A stretch of 63,920 nucleotides of DNA, the filler included, from an uncultured Acidimicrobiia bacterium (GTDB lineage Bacteria > Actinomycetota > Acidimicrobiia > Spongiisociales > JAOTWH01), in assembly GCA_964347285.1 (NCBI GenBank). It is 4 parts of 4 records of this genome, joined end to end, with 100 filler letters (N's around TTAATTAATTAA, not from the genome) between each part and the next. Parts side by side here need not be neighbours in the genome. Positions count along the whole stretch, not along the records: positions 1 to 20,728 come from CAYFYE010000042.1; positions 20,829 to 41,475 come from CAYFYE010000043.1; 2 more parts are not named here. The stretch is one strand, 5' to 3'. The notes under the pieces are model-generated. The model was given only the letters and a program-made list of their open reading frames with translations, made no database searches and was not told the DNA's origin. Both the position numbers and the translations under genes were made by a program. This document shows positions 19,711 through 29,591 of this stretch, one piece after another (the stretch's first letter is position 1; the number at the start of each line of letters is the position of its first letter).

Positions 19711-20493
19711 ATGGACCTCGGCCTGACTGGAAAGCGGGCGGTGGTGGCCGCCGCCTCTGGCGGCCTCGGGTTTGCCGTTGCCCGAGCGCTGGCGGCCGAG
19801 GGGGCATTGGTATCGATCTCGAGCCGAAGCGAAGAGCGCATTCGGGAAGCCGCCGCACTCATTGCCGACGCGGGCGACCAGGTCATGTACCGGGTCTGCG
19901 ACGTCCGCGACCCGGCCGCGATCGGCGCATGGATCCAAGAGACCGGCGATAGGCTCGGGGGCCTCGACATCGTGATTCCCAACGCCGGTGGCCCCCCGCC
20001 GGGCCGCTTCGACGACCTCGACGACACCGATTGGGAGAGGGCCTATCGGCTGACGCTGATGTCGGCGGTGAGGACCGTCCGTTCGGCCCGTCCCTACCTG
20101 GAACGGGGCTCTTCGGTCCTGTTCATGACGTCGAGCTCCGTCAAGGAGCCGGTCGACGACCTGGTCCTCTCCACCGTCTTTCGATCCGGCGTCGCCGCCC
20201 TGGCCAAGACCCTGGCCCGCGAGTGGGCCACTGCCGGCATCCGCGTCAACCAGCTGATACCGGGGCGGATCGCCACCGCCCGGGTGGAGATGCTCGATCG
20301 GGCGGCCGCCGCCTCCGACGACATTCCTTACGAGGAGGCCCAGCGGAGAAGAGCCCACGGGATCCCGCTGGAGCGTTACGGATTGCCCGAGGAGTATGCC
20401 GCCGCGGCGCTCTTCTTGGTCTCGGATGCGGCGTCCTACGTCACCGGGGCCACGCTGGCCGTGGATGGGGGCATGATCCGCTCGGTCATGTGA
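19711..20493 (+). CDS. SDR family oxidoreductase
   Basis: MDLGLTGKRAVVAAASGGLG, NAGGPPPG, SYVTGATLAVDGG. Confidence 0.92.
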   Translation: MDLGLTGKRAVVAAASGGLGFAVARALAAEGALVSISSRSEERIREAAALIADAGDQVMYRVCDVRDPAAIGAWIQETGDRLGGLDIVIPNAGGPPPGRFDDLDDTDWERAYRLTLMSAVRTVRSARPYLERGSSVLFMTSSSVKEPVDDLVLSTVFRSGVAALAKTLAREWATAGIRVNQLIPGRIATARVEMLDRAAAASDDIPYEEAQRRRAHGIPLERYGLPEEYAAAALFLVSDAASYVTGATLAVDGGMIRSVM

Positions 20494-20512
20494 AGGGGGT
20501 GCCCCCACCGGC

Positions 20513-20728
20513 TCACTCGAGCCCGAGATACCTCAGGAAGGCCTCGTTCGAGGGCTCGCGACCAAGGAAGTTGCGCAGCAGTTCGGCGGCGTTGCTGCTT
20601 CCTCCCGGGGCCAGGATCTGCTCCCGATAGCGACGGCCGACGGCCGGGTTGGTCGTGCCCTCGGCCTCGAACACCGAGAACATGTCGTCGCCGTACACCT
20701 TCGACCACAGGTAGCCGTAGTAGCCGGC
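20513..20728 (-). CDS. M3 family (thimet oligopeptidase-like) metallopeptidase, C-terminal fragment cut by contig end
   Basis: AGYYGYLWSKVYGDDMF...GRRYREQILAPGGS...FLGREPSNEAFL. Confidence 0.88.
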   Translation of the reverse strand, partial: AGYYGYLWSKVYGDDMFSVFEAEGTTNPAVGRRYREQILAPGGSSNAAELLRNFLGREPSNEAFLRYLGLE

Positions 20729-20828
20729 NNNNNNNNNNNNNNNNNNNNNNNNNNNNNNNNNNNNNNNNNNNNTTAATTAATTAANNNNNNNNNNNNNNNN
20801 NNNNNNNNNNNNNNNNNNNNNNNNNNNN
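20729..20828. other. artificial contig linker
   Basis: N-run, TTAATTAATTAA (stops in all six frames), N-run. Confidence 0.98.
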
Positions 20829-21899
20829 GAGGCGGAGCGCAAATACCTCGCGGGCGTGACCGCGCAGTATGAGTCCGAGGTGGTGTACCACCGCAATCGT
20901 GAGGACCTCGAGAAGCTGGGTGTCCTCTTCTGCGACATGGACACCGCCGTCAGGGAATATCCGGACGTCGTTCGCGAGTACTTCGGCACGGTGATTCCCC
21001 CCAACGACAACAAGTTCGCCGCCCTCAACTCCGCGGTGTGGTCGGGAGGGTCGTTCATCTACGTACCGCCGGGAGTCCACGTGGAGCAGCCCCTCCAGGC
21101 GTACTTCCGCATCAACGCCGAGAACATGGGGCAGTTCGAACGGACGCTGATCATCGTCGACGAGGGCGCTTCGGTGCACTACGTCGAGGGCTGTTCGGCT
21201 CCGGTGTATTCGACCGACTCGCTGCACTCGGCGGTGGTGGAGATCGTGGTCAAGGAGGGGGGCCGCTGCCGCTATACGACCATCCAGAACTGGTCCAACA
21301 ACGTGTACAACCTCGTCACCAAGCGGGCCGCCGCCTACCGCAACGCCACGATGGAATGGATCGACGGCAACCTCGGCTCCAAGCTCACCATGAAGTACCC
21401 GGCGGTGTGGCTGATGGAGCCGGGCGCCCACGGCGAGGTGCTCTCGATCGCCTTTGCCGGCGAAGGCCAGCACCAGGACGCCGGAGCCAAGATCGTTCAT
21501 GCTGCTCCGAACACGACCTCGCTCATCACCTCGAAGTCGATCTCCAAGGACGGCGGCCGGGGCGGGTACCGGGGGTTGGTGCGAGTGGAGCCCGGCGCCG
21601 AGCACGTGAAGTCGTTCGTGCGCTGCGATGCGCTGATCCTGGACGAGGACTCCCGGTCCGATACCTACCCCTACATGGAGATCGAGGAGGCCGACGCCCA
21701 GATCGGACACGAGGCCACCGTCTCCAAGGTCGGCGATGACCAGCTCTTCTACTTGATGAGCCGGGGGCTCACCGAAGAGGAAGCCACTGCGATGATCGTG
21801 GCCGGGTTCATCGAGCCGGTGGTGAAAGAGCTCCCCATGGAGTATGCGGTCGAGCTCAACCGGCTGATCGAGCTCCAGATGGTGGGGGCGGTGGGCTAG
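20829..21899 (+). CDS. sufB: Fe-S cluster assembly protein SufB, 5'-truncated
   Basis: [73 protein letters not shown]. Confidence 0.97.
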   Translation, partial: EAERKYLAGVTAQYESEVVYHRNREDLEKLGVLFCDMDTAVREYPDVVREYFGTVIPPNDNKFAALNSAVWSGGSFIYVPPGVHVEQPLQAYFRINAENMGQFERTLIIVDEGASVHYVEGCSAPVYSTDSLHSAVVEIVVKEGGRCRYTTIQNWSNNVYNLVTKRAAAYRNATMEWIDGNLGSKLTMKYPAVWLMEPGAHGEVLSIAFAGEGQHQDAGAKIVHAAPNTTSLITSKSISKDGGRGGYRGLVRVEPGAEHVKSFVRCDALILDEDSRSDTYPYMEIEEADAQIGHEATVSKVGDDQLFYLMSRGLTEEEATAMIVAGFIEPVVKELPMEYAVELNRLIELQMVGAVG

Positions 21900-21995
21900 C
21901 TGTGAGCCGACCGAACGCGTCGGAAGGGCCTCTCAACCGGTAACCGGACCAGGGGGTAGGTCACACGCCCACCGGGCCGGGTCCGAAAACTCCAG

Positions 21996-22463
21996 CTAAC
22001 TCCGCTGATAGGTCCCGACCAGTTCGACGGCGTCGAGCACGTGACCGTCCAGGGCCAGCATGAGTTCGGCCTTGGTCGGCTCCTCTAGATCGGGGAGCAC
22101 CGTATCGAGGGCGTACAGCTTGTGGAAATAGCGGTGGCGCCCGATCGGAGGGCAGGGACCGCCGTAGCCCGTCCGGTCCCAGTCGTTGCGTCCCTCGAGC
22201 GTTCCGGCCGGGAGGCCCTCGGATTCGACTTCCTCACCCAAACCGGCGGCATCCGGCGGGATGTTGTACAGGACCCAATGGACCCAGACCATCTTGGGCG
22301 CGGCGGGATCGGGAGCGTCCGGATCGTCGACGAGGAGTGCCAGGCTCTGGGTCGCGTCGGGGAGTCCGTCCCAAGCCAGCGGCGGTGATACGTCGGCTCC
22401 GTCGCACGTGTACTGCTGCGGTATCTCGCCGTGGTCTTCGAACGCCGTCGAGGTGAGCTGCAT
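21996..22463 (-). CDS. YbhB/YbcL (PEBP) family protein
   Basis: TCDGADVSPPL.W, DDPDAP, WVHWVLYNIP, YGGPCPPIGRHRYFHKLYALD. Confidence 0.93.
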   Translation of the reverse strand: MQLTSTAFEDHGEIPQQYTCDGADVSPPLAWDGLPDATQSLALLVDDPDAPDPAAPKMVWVHWVLYNIPPDAAGLGEEVESEGLPAGTLEGRNDWDRTGYGGPCPPIGRHRYFHKLYALDTVLPDLEEPTKAELMLALDGHVLDAVELVGTYQRS

Positions 22464-22571
22464 CCGATCTCCCGCACCATCCAGCGTACAGAAACGGAGC
22501 ATCGACGGACGGAACCCCTCCCGGGGAGCCGAGCGTTTCCTTGAAGGAGTGCGAGGTCGATAGGAGGGAGC

Positions 22572-23633
22572 ATGCGCAAGCAGACAGTCCTGATCGTTGC
22601 CGCCGGCCTCTTGCTGGCCGTTGCAGCCGGCGCCGGAGCGGTGGCCTTGTCCGCAGCCACCGCCCCCGACGATCCACCACCCCGGGCCGCCGAGAGTCCA
22701 CTGCCTGAGGACCCCGATGAGCTGGCGGACCTGGTGGGAGCCCTCATCGATCGCTTCCGATCTCTCTTCGGCGCCGAGATCCGAACCGCACCGGAGCCGG
22801 AGCCCGGTGACGCCGCTCATCGGAGTTCGCTCGAGGAGATCGCCCGGGTGCTGGGGATCGACCCACGCCAACTCCTGGCCGAGTGGTCCGCCGGGCGCTC
22901 GCTCGAGGAGATCGCTGATGATGCTGGGGTTGATCTCGACGAGGTGGGCGAAGCGGTGGCCGGAGTCCTCGAGGGCCGGGTCCATGCTGCGCTCGAGCGT
23001 GGCGAAATCGCGGAAGACGAGGCCGAAGCTCTGCACGACTTCATCGACGACAACCTCGCCGCCATCCTCCGCCTCCCTCTCGGCGTGCTCTTCGACGGCA
23101 CGTTGAGCTTCGGCGCTGCACCCTTCGGACCCGATCTCCTCTTTCGGTTCCGGCCCTTCGAGGGACTTCCTCCCTTTGACCAGTACGGCGGCGACCTTCC
23201 CGAGGAACTGCGACGACTCCTCGACCAGTTCGACGGCTTCCATGGCGACGGGCAGACCGACGAGCGGCTGCGGGAGCTCATGCGGTGGTTGCGAGAGCGC
23301 CTGCCCGATCGGGGTTTCCACCCTCCCGGTTCCCCCGACCCACCTCACGACTGCGCCTTCGGATTCATCGAGCCCTTCGACGGTGGGCTGTTCCGTTTCG
23401 GGGCCGCATCGTCGACGACCAGGTCGCCGGATCTTTCAGCTTCGACGGCGATCGTTTCGAGTTCACGTCGCCGATAGCCGGCCTCTTCGAGGCGATCGAC
23501 GAGTACGTCGACGGTCTCACCGAGGACGGCTCGATCGGCGCCGACGAGGCCGAGGCGTTGCGGGATGCGCTGGAACGACTCGCCGAACATGGTGTGGCCG
23601 ACGGGCCGGGAACCCCCTGTCTCCTCTGCCTAG
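22572..23633 (+). pseudogene. secreted acidic helical protein, apparently frameshifted near 23400
   Basis: signal peptide; coding-like codon usage moves to the -1 frame at the G4 run 23400-23403; motif GEIAEDEAEAL in frame 0 recurs as GSIGADEAEAL in the -1 frame; end uncertain. Confidence 0.6.
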
Positions 23634-23647
23634 AGTCGGCAGCGGTC

Positions 23648-24253
23648 ATGGATTCGTCGGAGTGGGACAGCCGGTACGCCGAGCGAGAACTGCTCTGGAC
23701 CGCCGAGCCCAACCAGTTCGTGGCCGCCGAGGTGGCCGGCGAGGATCCGGGAGCGGCCCTCGACGTGGCCTGTGGTGAGGGCCGCAACGCCGTGTGGCTG
23801 GCCGAGCAGGGCTGGCGGGTCACCGCGGTGGACTTCTCGGCCGTGGCCCTTGACAAGGCCCGGGCCCTCGCCGCCGGCCGCAATGTGACCGTCGACTGGG
23901 TCCTGGCCGACGTTGTCGAGTACCGGCCCCGCCCTGCGTCGTTCGACCTGGTGGTGGTCGCCTATTTGCACGTGCCCCCTCCAGAGCGGGCCGCGGTGCT
24001 GGGAGCGGCCGCGGCTGCCCTCGCCCCGGGCGGGCTGGCGCTGGTCATAGGACACGACTTGGAGAACCTCGAGCACGGGATCGGCGGCCCCCAGGATCCG
24101 GACATCCTGCTCACTCCGACGGCGGTCGTCGCCGACCTGAAGGGACTGAAGATCGAAAAAGCGGAAAAAGCCCTTCGCGAGGTCGACAAGGACGGCGTCG
24201 TCGGCATCGCAATCGACACGCTGGTGCGGGCCCGCCGGCCCCCCGGCGCCTAG
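23648..24253 (+). CDS. class I SAM-dependent methyltransferase
   Basis: WDSRY, ALDVACGEGRNAVWLAEQGWRVTAVDFS, FDLVVVAYLH. Confidence 0.92.
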   Translation: MDSSEWDSRYAERELLWTAEPNQFVAAEVAGEDPGAALDVACGEGRNAVWLAEQGWRVTAVDFSAVALDKARALAAGRNVTVDWVLADVVEYRPRPASFDLVVVAYLHVPPPERAAVLGAAAAALAPGGLALVIGHDLENLEHGIGGPQDPDILLTPTAVVADLKGLKIEKAEKALREVDKDGVVGIAIDTLVRARRPPGA

Positions 24254-24263
24254 GACTCGAGCC

Positions 24264-25196
24264 TCAGAGCAGCGACTCGAGGTCGAAGTCGCAGGAGGGG
24301 TGACGGAGCTTGGCGATGGCCCTGCCCTCGATCTGGCGGACCCGCTCCCTGGTGAAGCCGTACCGTCCCCCGACGTCGGAGAGGGTCCTGGGGTTGTCGC
24401 CGTCCAGGCCAAAGCGCAATCGCACGACCTCTTGCTCGCGCTCGTCGAGCATGGCCAGGGCCCGGTCGAGGTGCCGCTGCCTGCTGGCGTGGACGGCCAA
24501 CTGGAAAGGATCTTCGGCCGCAGTGTCCTCCACGAAGTCACCGAGGTCGGCGTCGGTGTCGTCGCCCACCGGGCGGTCGAGCGAAACCGTGTCGTCGGGC
24601 GTCTCGAGCGCCAGCAGCACCCGGTCGGCGGCCAGCCCGCTCGCCTCGGCAATTTCGGCGACTGTGGGGGTGCGCCGCAACATCTCGCTGAGGCTCAGGG
24701 CGGTTTCTTGGACCGTGCGGACCATATCGACCATGTGGACCGGGAGACGGATCGTCCGGGCCTGGTTCCCCAGCCCGCGAGTGATGGCCTGACGTATCCA
24801 CCAGGTGGCGTATGTGGAGAACTTGAATCCCTTGCGCCAATCGAACTTCTCGACGGCCCGTATCAGCCCCAGATTCCCCTCCTGGACGAGGTCGAGGATG
24901 TCGAGCCCCCGGCCCATGTAACGCTTGGCTATTGAGATCACCAGGCGCAGATTGCACCTGATGAACTCGGCCTTGGCTTCGTCGCCGGCATGAGCCACCT
25001 TGAATAGGGCCGCCCGTCGGGTCTTGGAGAGCCTGGAACCACCGTTCCTGAGCTCCTGTTCCGCTCGGCGGCCGGCTTCCATGGCCTGCGCGAGGCGCAC
25101 TTCCTCCTCGGCGGTGAGCAATTCGTGCGTAGCGACTTCTTCGAGGTAAAGCCCCACTCCGTCGGCGAGACTCGTGTCCCGCTCCGCTTGCGCCAC
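24264..25196 (-). CDS. group 2 sigma-70 factor (SigB/HrdD-like, lacks region 1.1)
   Basis: YLEEV..HELLTAEEEV.LA, NLRLVISIAKRY, DLVQEGNLGLIRAVEKFD, FSTYATWWIRQAI, TRERVRQIE. Confidence 0.93.
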   Translation of the reverse strand: MAQAERDTSLADGVGLYLEEVATHELLTAEEEVRLAQAMEAGRRAEQELRNGGSRLSKTRRAALFKVAHAGDEAKAEFIRCNLRLVISIAKRYMGRGLDILDLVQEGNLGLIRAVEKFDWRKGFKFSTYATWWIRQAITRGLGNQARTIRLPVHMVDMVRTVQETALSLSEMLRRTPTVAEIAEASGLAADRVLLALETPDDTVSLDRPVGDDTDADLGDFVEDTAAEDPFQLAVHASRQRHLDRALAMLDEREQEVVRLRFGLDGDNPRTLSDVGGRYGFTRERVRQIEGRAIAKLRHPSCDFDLESLL

Positions 25197-25302
25197 GCCC
25201 GTTCCCCCTCGCTTGTGGCCCTCCCGGCCCTGGGAGGTACTACCACGCTACCGAAGGTGGCCCATGTTATCAACGGGAATCGCGCAAACTAACCTTCCGG
25301 AC

Positions 25303-26916
25303 GTGAACCGGCGCGAACACGCTCCCCGTGGACGCGTTCCCCCCAAGACCCGCTGGACATCGCCGCTGCCCGGGGCGGCCCTCGCACTCCTGGTGTCGGC
25401 GTGCTCCGGACCATCAATGGTGTTGGGGGGGGAGACCGTCCGTGACCCCGGCCCGCCCCCCGTAACGCTGCAGGTGCGGGTGGTTTCCGCAGAGGACCTG
25501 GCACCGGTCGAGGGGGCCGAGGTCACCTTCGACGGCGAGTCCAAGGCCACTGGGCCCACCGGCACCGCTTCGGTCATTTGGTACGAGCGGTCGATCACGG
25601 TGCGCGCCCGGGCGGCCGGGTTCGTTCCGGAGCGGCTCGATGTGGTCGAGTTGCCTGAGGAGGGGCCGGTTCAACTGGCTCTCACCCCGGTGATCATCAC
25701 CGGCACGGTCAGGACCGTGACGGGAGACCCCGTCGAAGGGGCCACGATCTCCCTGAACGGAAGTCGGGCGGTTACCGACGCCGAGGGCAATTATCGGCTC
25801 ATCAGGGCGATAGCAGGGCTGATGACGGTGACCCGGGCGGCCTGGGAGTCCGATGCCAGGCCGTGGAACGGGCGGTCCGACAGCGTGGATTTCGTCATCT
25901 CGCCGATGTCGATTCGGGGAATCAGGGTGAACAGCCCCAACGCCGGCAACCCCTCGTTGTGGTCTGAGTTCCTGGAGATGGCCGAGGGGTCGGCCATCAA
26001 TGCCCTTGTGCTCGATACCAAAGACGAGGCCGGTGAGGTGCCGTACAACACCGCAGTGACCACGGCTCACGAGATCGGGGCGGTCAAGGTTCGTTATGAC
26101 GTCGAGGAGCTCCTCGCCGACATGAGGCGCAACGATCTGTATGCCATCACCAGGATCGTGACCTTCCAGGACAATCCGATGGCGACCGCCCATCCTGAGT
26201 GGGCGGCAGTCAACATCAATACCGGAGGAGTGTGGCGCAGCAACCGGGGTCAGGCGTGGATGGACCCGACCGACCGAGGCTCATGGGAGTACCCACTGGA
26301 GCTGGCCATCGAAGCTTGCCAGCTCGGTTTCGACGAGATCCAGTTCGACTACGTTCGCTTTCCGTCGGACGGCCCGGTCGAGGCGCTGAGCTTCGACGGC
26401 GGGAACGACGAGCAGACCCGGGTGACCACGATTGCTGCGTTCCTGACCGAGGCCCGCAATCGTCTCAACCCCCTCGGATGCGCGGTCGCCGCCGACGTAT
26501 TCGCGGTAACTATCTCCAGTCTCGACGACCAAGGCATCGGCCAGAAACCCGAAGAGCTGTCGAAGGCCGTGGACGTTCTCAGTCCGATGATCTACCCGAC
26601 CCACTACACCCCAGGGTGGGACGGCTTCGCCAACCCCAACGACCATCCGGCCGAGATCGTGGGGGGGTCACTGGACGACGGACTGCCCCGAATGCAGGGA
26701 TCAGCGATCATGCGTCCCTGGCTGCAGACCTCGACCTACGGGCCGACGCAGGTCGAGATGGAAATCCAAGAAGCCCGGGAGCGGCGCCTCGGATGGATGC
26801 TGTGGCAGTCCGTGAACCTCTTCGACCCGCGCGACCTGCCCAACCAGGGCTTTAGCCCGCCGGAACCGACGGATACTTCCTCGCCGGGCGAAGCTCCCCC
26901 CGGGGCCGGCGGCTAG
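25303..26916 (+). CDS. lipoprotein with carboxypeptidase-regulatory-like domains and a putative glycoside hydrolase (DUF4015-like) domain
   Basis: lipobox LVSAC; INALVLDTKD, ITRIVTFQD, GFDEIQFDYVRFPSDG, SPMIYPTHY, RPWLQ. Confidence 0.8.
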   Translation: MNRREHAPRGRVPPKTRWTSPLPGAALALLVSACSGPSMVLGGETVRDPGPPPVTLQVRVVSAEDLAPVEGAEVTFDGESKATGPTGTASVIWYERSITVRARAAGFVPERLDVVELPEEGPVQLALTPVIITGTVRTVTGDPVEGATISLNGSRAVTDAEGNYRLIRAIAGLMTVTRAAWESDARPWNGRSDSVDFVISPMSIRGIRVNSPNAGNPSLWSEFLEMAEGSAINALVLDTKDEAGEVPYNTAVTTAHEIGAVKVRYDVEELLADMRRNDLYAITRIVTFQDNPMATAHPEWAAVNINTGGVWRSNRGQAWMDPTDRGSWEYPLELAIEACQLGFDEIQFDYVRFPSDGPVEALSFDGGNDEQTRVTTIAAFLTEARNRLNPLGCAVAADVFAVTISSLDDQGIGQKPEELSKAVDVLSPMIYPTHYTPGWDGFANPNDHPAEIVGGSLDDGLPRMQGSAIMRPWLQTSTYGPTQVEMEIQEARERRLGWMLWQSVNLFDPRDLPNQGFSPPEPTDTSSPGEAPPGAGG

Positions 26917-27656
26917 GGCTCCAGGACTCCCACCACCTCGTCCACGTCCCAGGACACCGAGGTGGCCAGGTCCACTACTCCGAGATCGATCCATCCGGCG
27001 TCGTACCGGTAGCGGCCCGTCCACGAGAAGGTGACCGTCACCGGGTAGGCCTCCAGGGTGGGATGGCAGTTGCCGCCGGAGGGATGGGTGACCCGATAGT
27101 CGGGCGGGCAGGTCTTGAGGGAGTATGTGTGGGTGGCCGAGCCGGCCGGGAAGGCGGCCAGATCGGCCGGGTCGTGACGAGTGGTGGTGCCGTCTCCCCA
27201 GTCCACCGTCGCCGCCACGACCTCCGCTCGTACCAGCAATTCCAGGCCGGACGGCATGGCCTCGCGGTGCTCGAGGGGGACCGGGGTTGCGGCGGAGACG
27301 AAGGTGGGTAGGCCGGTGATACCCCGATCGGGCGGGGCGAAGGTGAGCTCGGGTCGGGGAAGCGTCCAAGAACGGAAGACTTCCCAGGCCCGTTGGGCAA
27401 CGGTCGTGGCACCGGCGGGCTGCGCCGATGCGGGCGGGCAGGCGGGAAGGGCCAGGAGAAACGTCATGTCGCTCGCCGCCGCGCCGGGGTCCCAGGTATC
27501 GATACCGCCCGGGGTACGGGACCAGTAGCGGCAAGGGCCCAGCGTCGGGTCGCGGCCGCCCACCAGGTAGCGAATGGGTGGTAGCGGTGTTGGGGTCGCC
27601 GCGGCTCCGGCCGGGTCGCCGGGAGTGGCCGTGAGGGTGGAGCCGGTGATGTGGCA
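26913..27656 (-). CDS. secreted hypothetical protein with PKD-like beta-sandwich C-terminus, 5' part in gap
   Basis: P..RGITGLPTF, VDWGDGT, HTY, YPVTVTFSWTGRY, V.EVVGVL pattern of a common uncharacterised actinobacterial family. Confidence 0.7.
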   Translation of the reverse strand, partial: CHITGSTLTATPGDPAGAAATPTPLPPIRYLVGGRDPTLGPCRYWSRTPGGIDTWDPGAAASDMTFLLALPACPPASAQPAGATTVAQRAWEVFRSWTLPRPELTFAPPDRGITGLPTFVSAATPVPLEHREAMPSGLELLVRAEVVAATVDWGDGTTTRHDPADLAAFPAGSATHTYSLKTCPPDYRVTHPSGGNCHPTLEAYPVTVTFSWTGRYRYDAGWIDLGVVDLATSVSWDVDEVVGVLEP

Positions 27657-27756
27657 NNNNNNNNNNNNNNNNNNNNNNNNNNNNNNNNNNNNNNNNNNNN
27701 NNNNNNNNNNNNNNNNNNNNNNNNNNNNNNNNNNNNNNNNNNNNNNNNNNNNNNNN
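27657..27756. other. scaffold gap (100 N)
   Basis: run of N. Confidence 0.99.
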
Positions 27757-28020
27757 CTCGTCCTCCCGGTAGAGCGCATCGAGGCGCCGGAACTCGAGAT
27801 CCCGAAAGATGGCTTCCACCTCGGTGAGCCGGTCGACGGTCGTGGTCACCACAGCAATCGGGGCCGGCGCGGTCGTCGTGGTGGTGGCGGGAGCCGGTGT
27901 CGCGGTGATGACTCCGGGGGCAGTGGCCGGCGTCGTCGCCGAATCGGAGCACCCGGCCACCAGCACTGCCAATCCCACGCCCAGCCTCCCGAAGGCACGC
28001 CCGGGTGCCGACAACCGCAT
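27757..28020 (-). CDS. lipoprotein, N-terminal fragment (rest in gap)
   Basis: lipobox LVAGC, Thr/Pro-rich linker, then helical [17 protein letters not shown]. Confidence 0.7.
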
Positions 28021-28139
28021 GCAGAGCACCGTACGGACGGGCGATCCGGCCTTCAAGAGCCGCGGTCGTGATTGTTTCGCGGGCAACCGCTTTCATCGCC
28101 GGGACATCACCGAATCGCCGCCCCCGGTACCCTCGCCGG

Positions 28140-28898
28140 GTGGGAGCCCCCTACCGCAGCCTCGACAAGCTGAATGCCGACCTGGTCGAATGCCGCAGCT
28201 GCCCGCGGCTGGTCCACTGGCGAGAGCAGGTAGCCCGCGAGAAGCGGGCGGCGTTTCGGGACGAGGACTACTGGGGGAGGCCGCTACCGGGCTTCGGCGA
28301 CCCCGAGGCGCGGCTGTTGGTGCTCGGTTTGGCACCGGCCGCTCACGGCGGTAACCGCACCGGCCGCATGTTCACCGGGGATCGGTCCGGCGACTGGCTC
28401 TACCGGGCCCTCCACAGGGCAGGGTTCGCCAATCAGCCCACGTCGAAGGACCGCCGAGACGGCTTGCGGCTCGAGGGCGCCTACATCACTGCTCCGGTCC
28501 GGTGCGCCCCGCCCGCCAACAAGCCGACTGCGGAAGAGCGCGACAACTGTGCCCTCTGGCTCGACGCCGAGCTGTCTCTGCTGGCGAATATCGGGGCCGT
28601 GATCTGTCTCGGGCAGTTCGCCTACCAGCAGGCGGTGCGGGCCTTCGGCCGGCGGGGCCATGCCGCCCCCAAGCCGCGTCCTCGCTTCGGCCACGCCGTC
28701 GAGGTACCGCTCGGAAACGGCGGTCCGGTGCTGCTGTTGAGTTACCACCCGTCCCAGCAGAACACATTCACCGGGAAACTCACGGAAGGGATGCTGGACG
28801 CCGTGTTTGCCCGGGCTCGAGAGATCGGCGGTTCGTCTGTCAGAGGACCCGGTTCCCCATATCCCAGCGAAAGTTCAAGAGGTCCCAGACCCTCTTGA
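28140..28898 (+). CDS. udgB: uracil-DNA glycosylase family 5
   Basis: [57 protein letters not shown]. Confidence 0.94.
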   Translation: MGAPYRSLDKLNADLVECRSCPRLVHWREQVAREKRAAFRDEDYWGRPLPGFGDPEARLLVLGLAPAAHGGNRTGRMFTGDRSGDWLYRALHRAGFANQPTSKDRRDGLRLEGAYITAPVRCAPPANKPTAEERDNCALWLDAELSLLANIGAVICLGQFAYQQAVRAFGRRGHAAPKPRPRFGHAVEVPLGNGGPVLLLSYHPSQQNTFTGKLTEGMLDAVFARAREIGGSSVRGPGSPYPSESSRGPRPS

Positions 28899-29412
28899 GA
28901 TAGGGGTAGGGGTTGATGATCCGCTCGTTGTGATGAACCTCGAAGTGGGTATGCGGCGTGGTTCCCTCGGCGTTGCCGCTGTCGCCGACCCATCCCAGCG
29001 GCTGACCGGCGGCGACGAAGGCGCCCTCTTCGATCCCCGGGGCGACGGCCTGCAGCGGCCCGATGCTTCCGTCGTCGGTGCCCGGAGAGTCGTTGTTGAG
29101 GTGGATGTACCACGTTTCCCAGTCGCCCTGATGGGCAATCACGACGTAGTTGCCGGCGGTGGGGCTGTGGGCAACCACTTTGACCACTCCGTCGGCCACC
29201 GCAACGACTGCCATGCCCTTGTCGCCCAGGAGGTCGGTGCCCTCATGCCGGTGACCGGCCCGCGCCGCCCCGAAATCATTGCGGAATCTGGTGGCCGAAT
29301 CCGGTTGGGGGAAGACCTCGAACGACACCTCCTCGTGGCCGGCCAGGGGTGCAGCCGGACCGGCCAGGAAGGCGGTGGCGATGAGCAGCAGCGGTCCGAG
29401 GCGGGTGAGCAT
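28840..29412 (-). CDS. secreted M23 family metallopeptidase
   Basis: signal peptide, HEGTD, YIHLNND, VGDSGNA, PHTHFE, INPYPYL. Confidence 0.9.
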   Translation of the reverse strand: MLTRLGPLLLIATAFLAGPAAPLAGHEEVSFEVFPQPDSATRFRNDFGAARAGHRHEGTDLLGDKGMAVVAVADGVVKVVAHSPTAGNYVVIAHQGDWETWYIHLNNDSPGTDDGSIGPLQAVAPGIEEGAFVAAGQPLGWVGDSGNAEGTTPHTHFEVHHNERIINPYPYLKRVWDLLNFRWDMGNRVL

Positions 29413-29591
29413 GAAAAAGAAAGGCCGGCGGGTGCCGGGAGCACGGCACCATAGTGGGATCTGTCCAGCAGGCAAGGTTTTCGCGACTTTCGCCCCTCGA
29501 GAGCCATCGATCGAGCCCGCCTTCCGTGCCCGAGGCTTGACCGCTCTTGGACCGGCAATATCCTTCGCCGGTCGTCAACGGAGGCCGACAG

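Noticed and set aside
20773..20784. TTAATTAATTAA motif repeated three times in the window
   Set aside because: Synthetic six-frame stop linker flanked by Ns.
23312..23318. In-phase -1 slippery heptamer G GGT TTC as the frameshift site
   Set aside because: Frame 0 keeps good codon usage until about 23400 while the -1 frame there is codon-poor, so the switch is later.
25216..25298. DosR-like box (25216-25231) and GGAA...GTT ECF promoter upstream of the group-2 sigma gene
   Set aside because: The box is very GC-rich and lies close to the start codon; the GGAA-GTT spacing of 20 nt is longer than typical.
29482..29497. DosR-like box CGCGACTTTCGCCCCT between the M23 peptidase gene and sufD
   Set aside because: Good sequence match but not at the activating position for either flanking -10; left unassigned.
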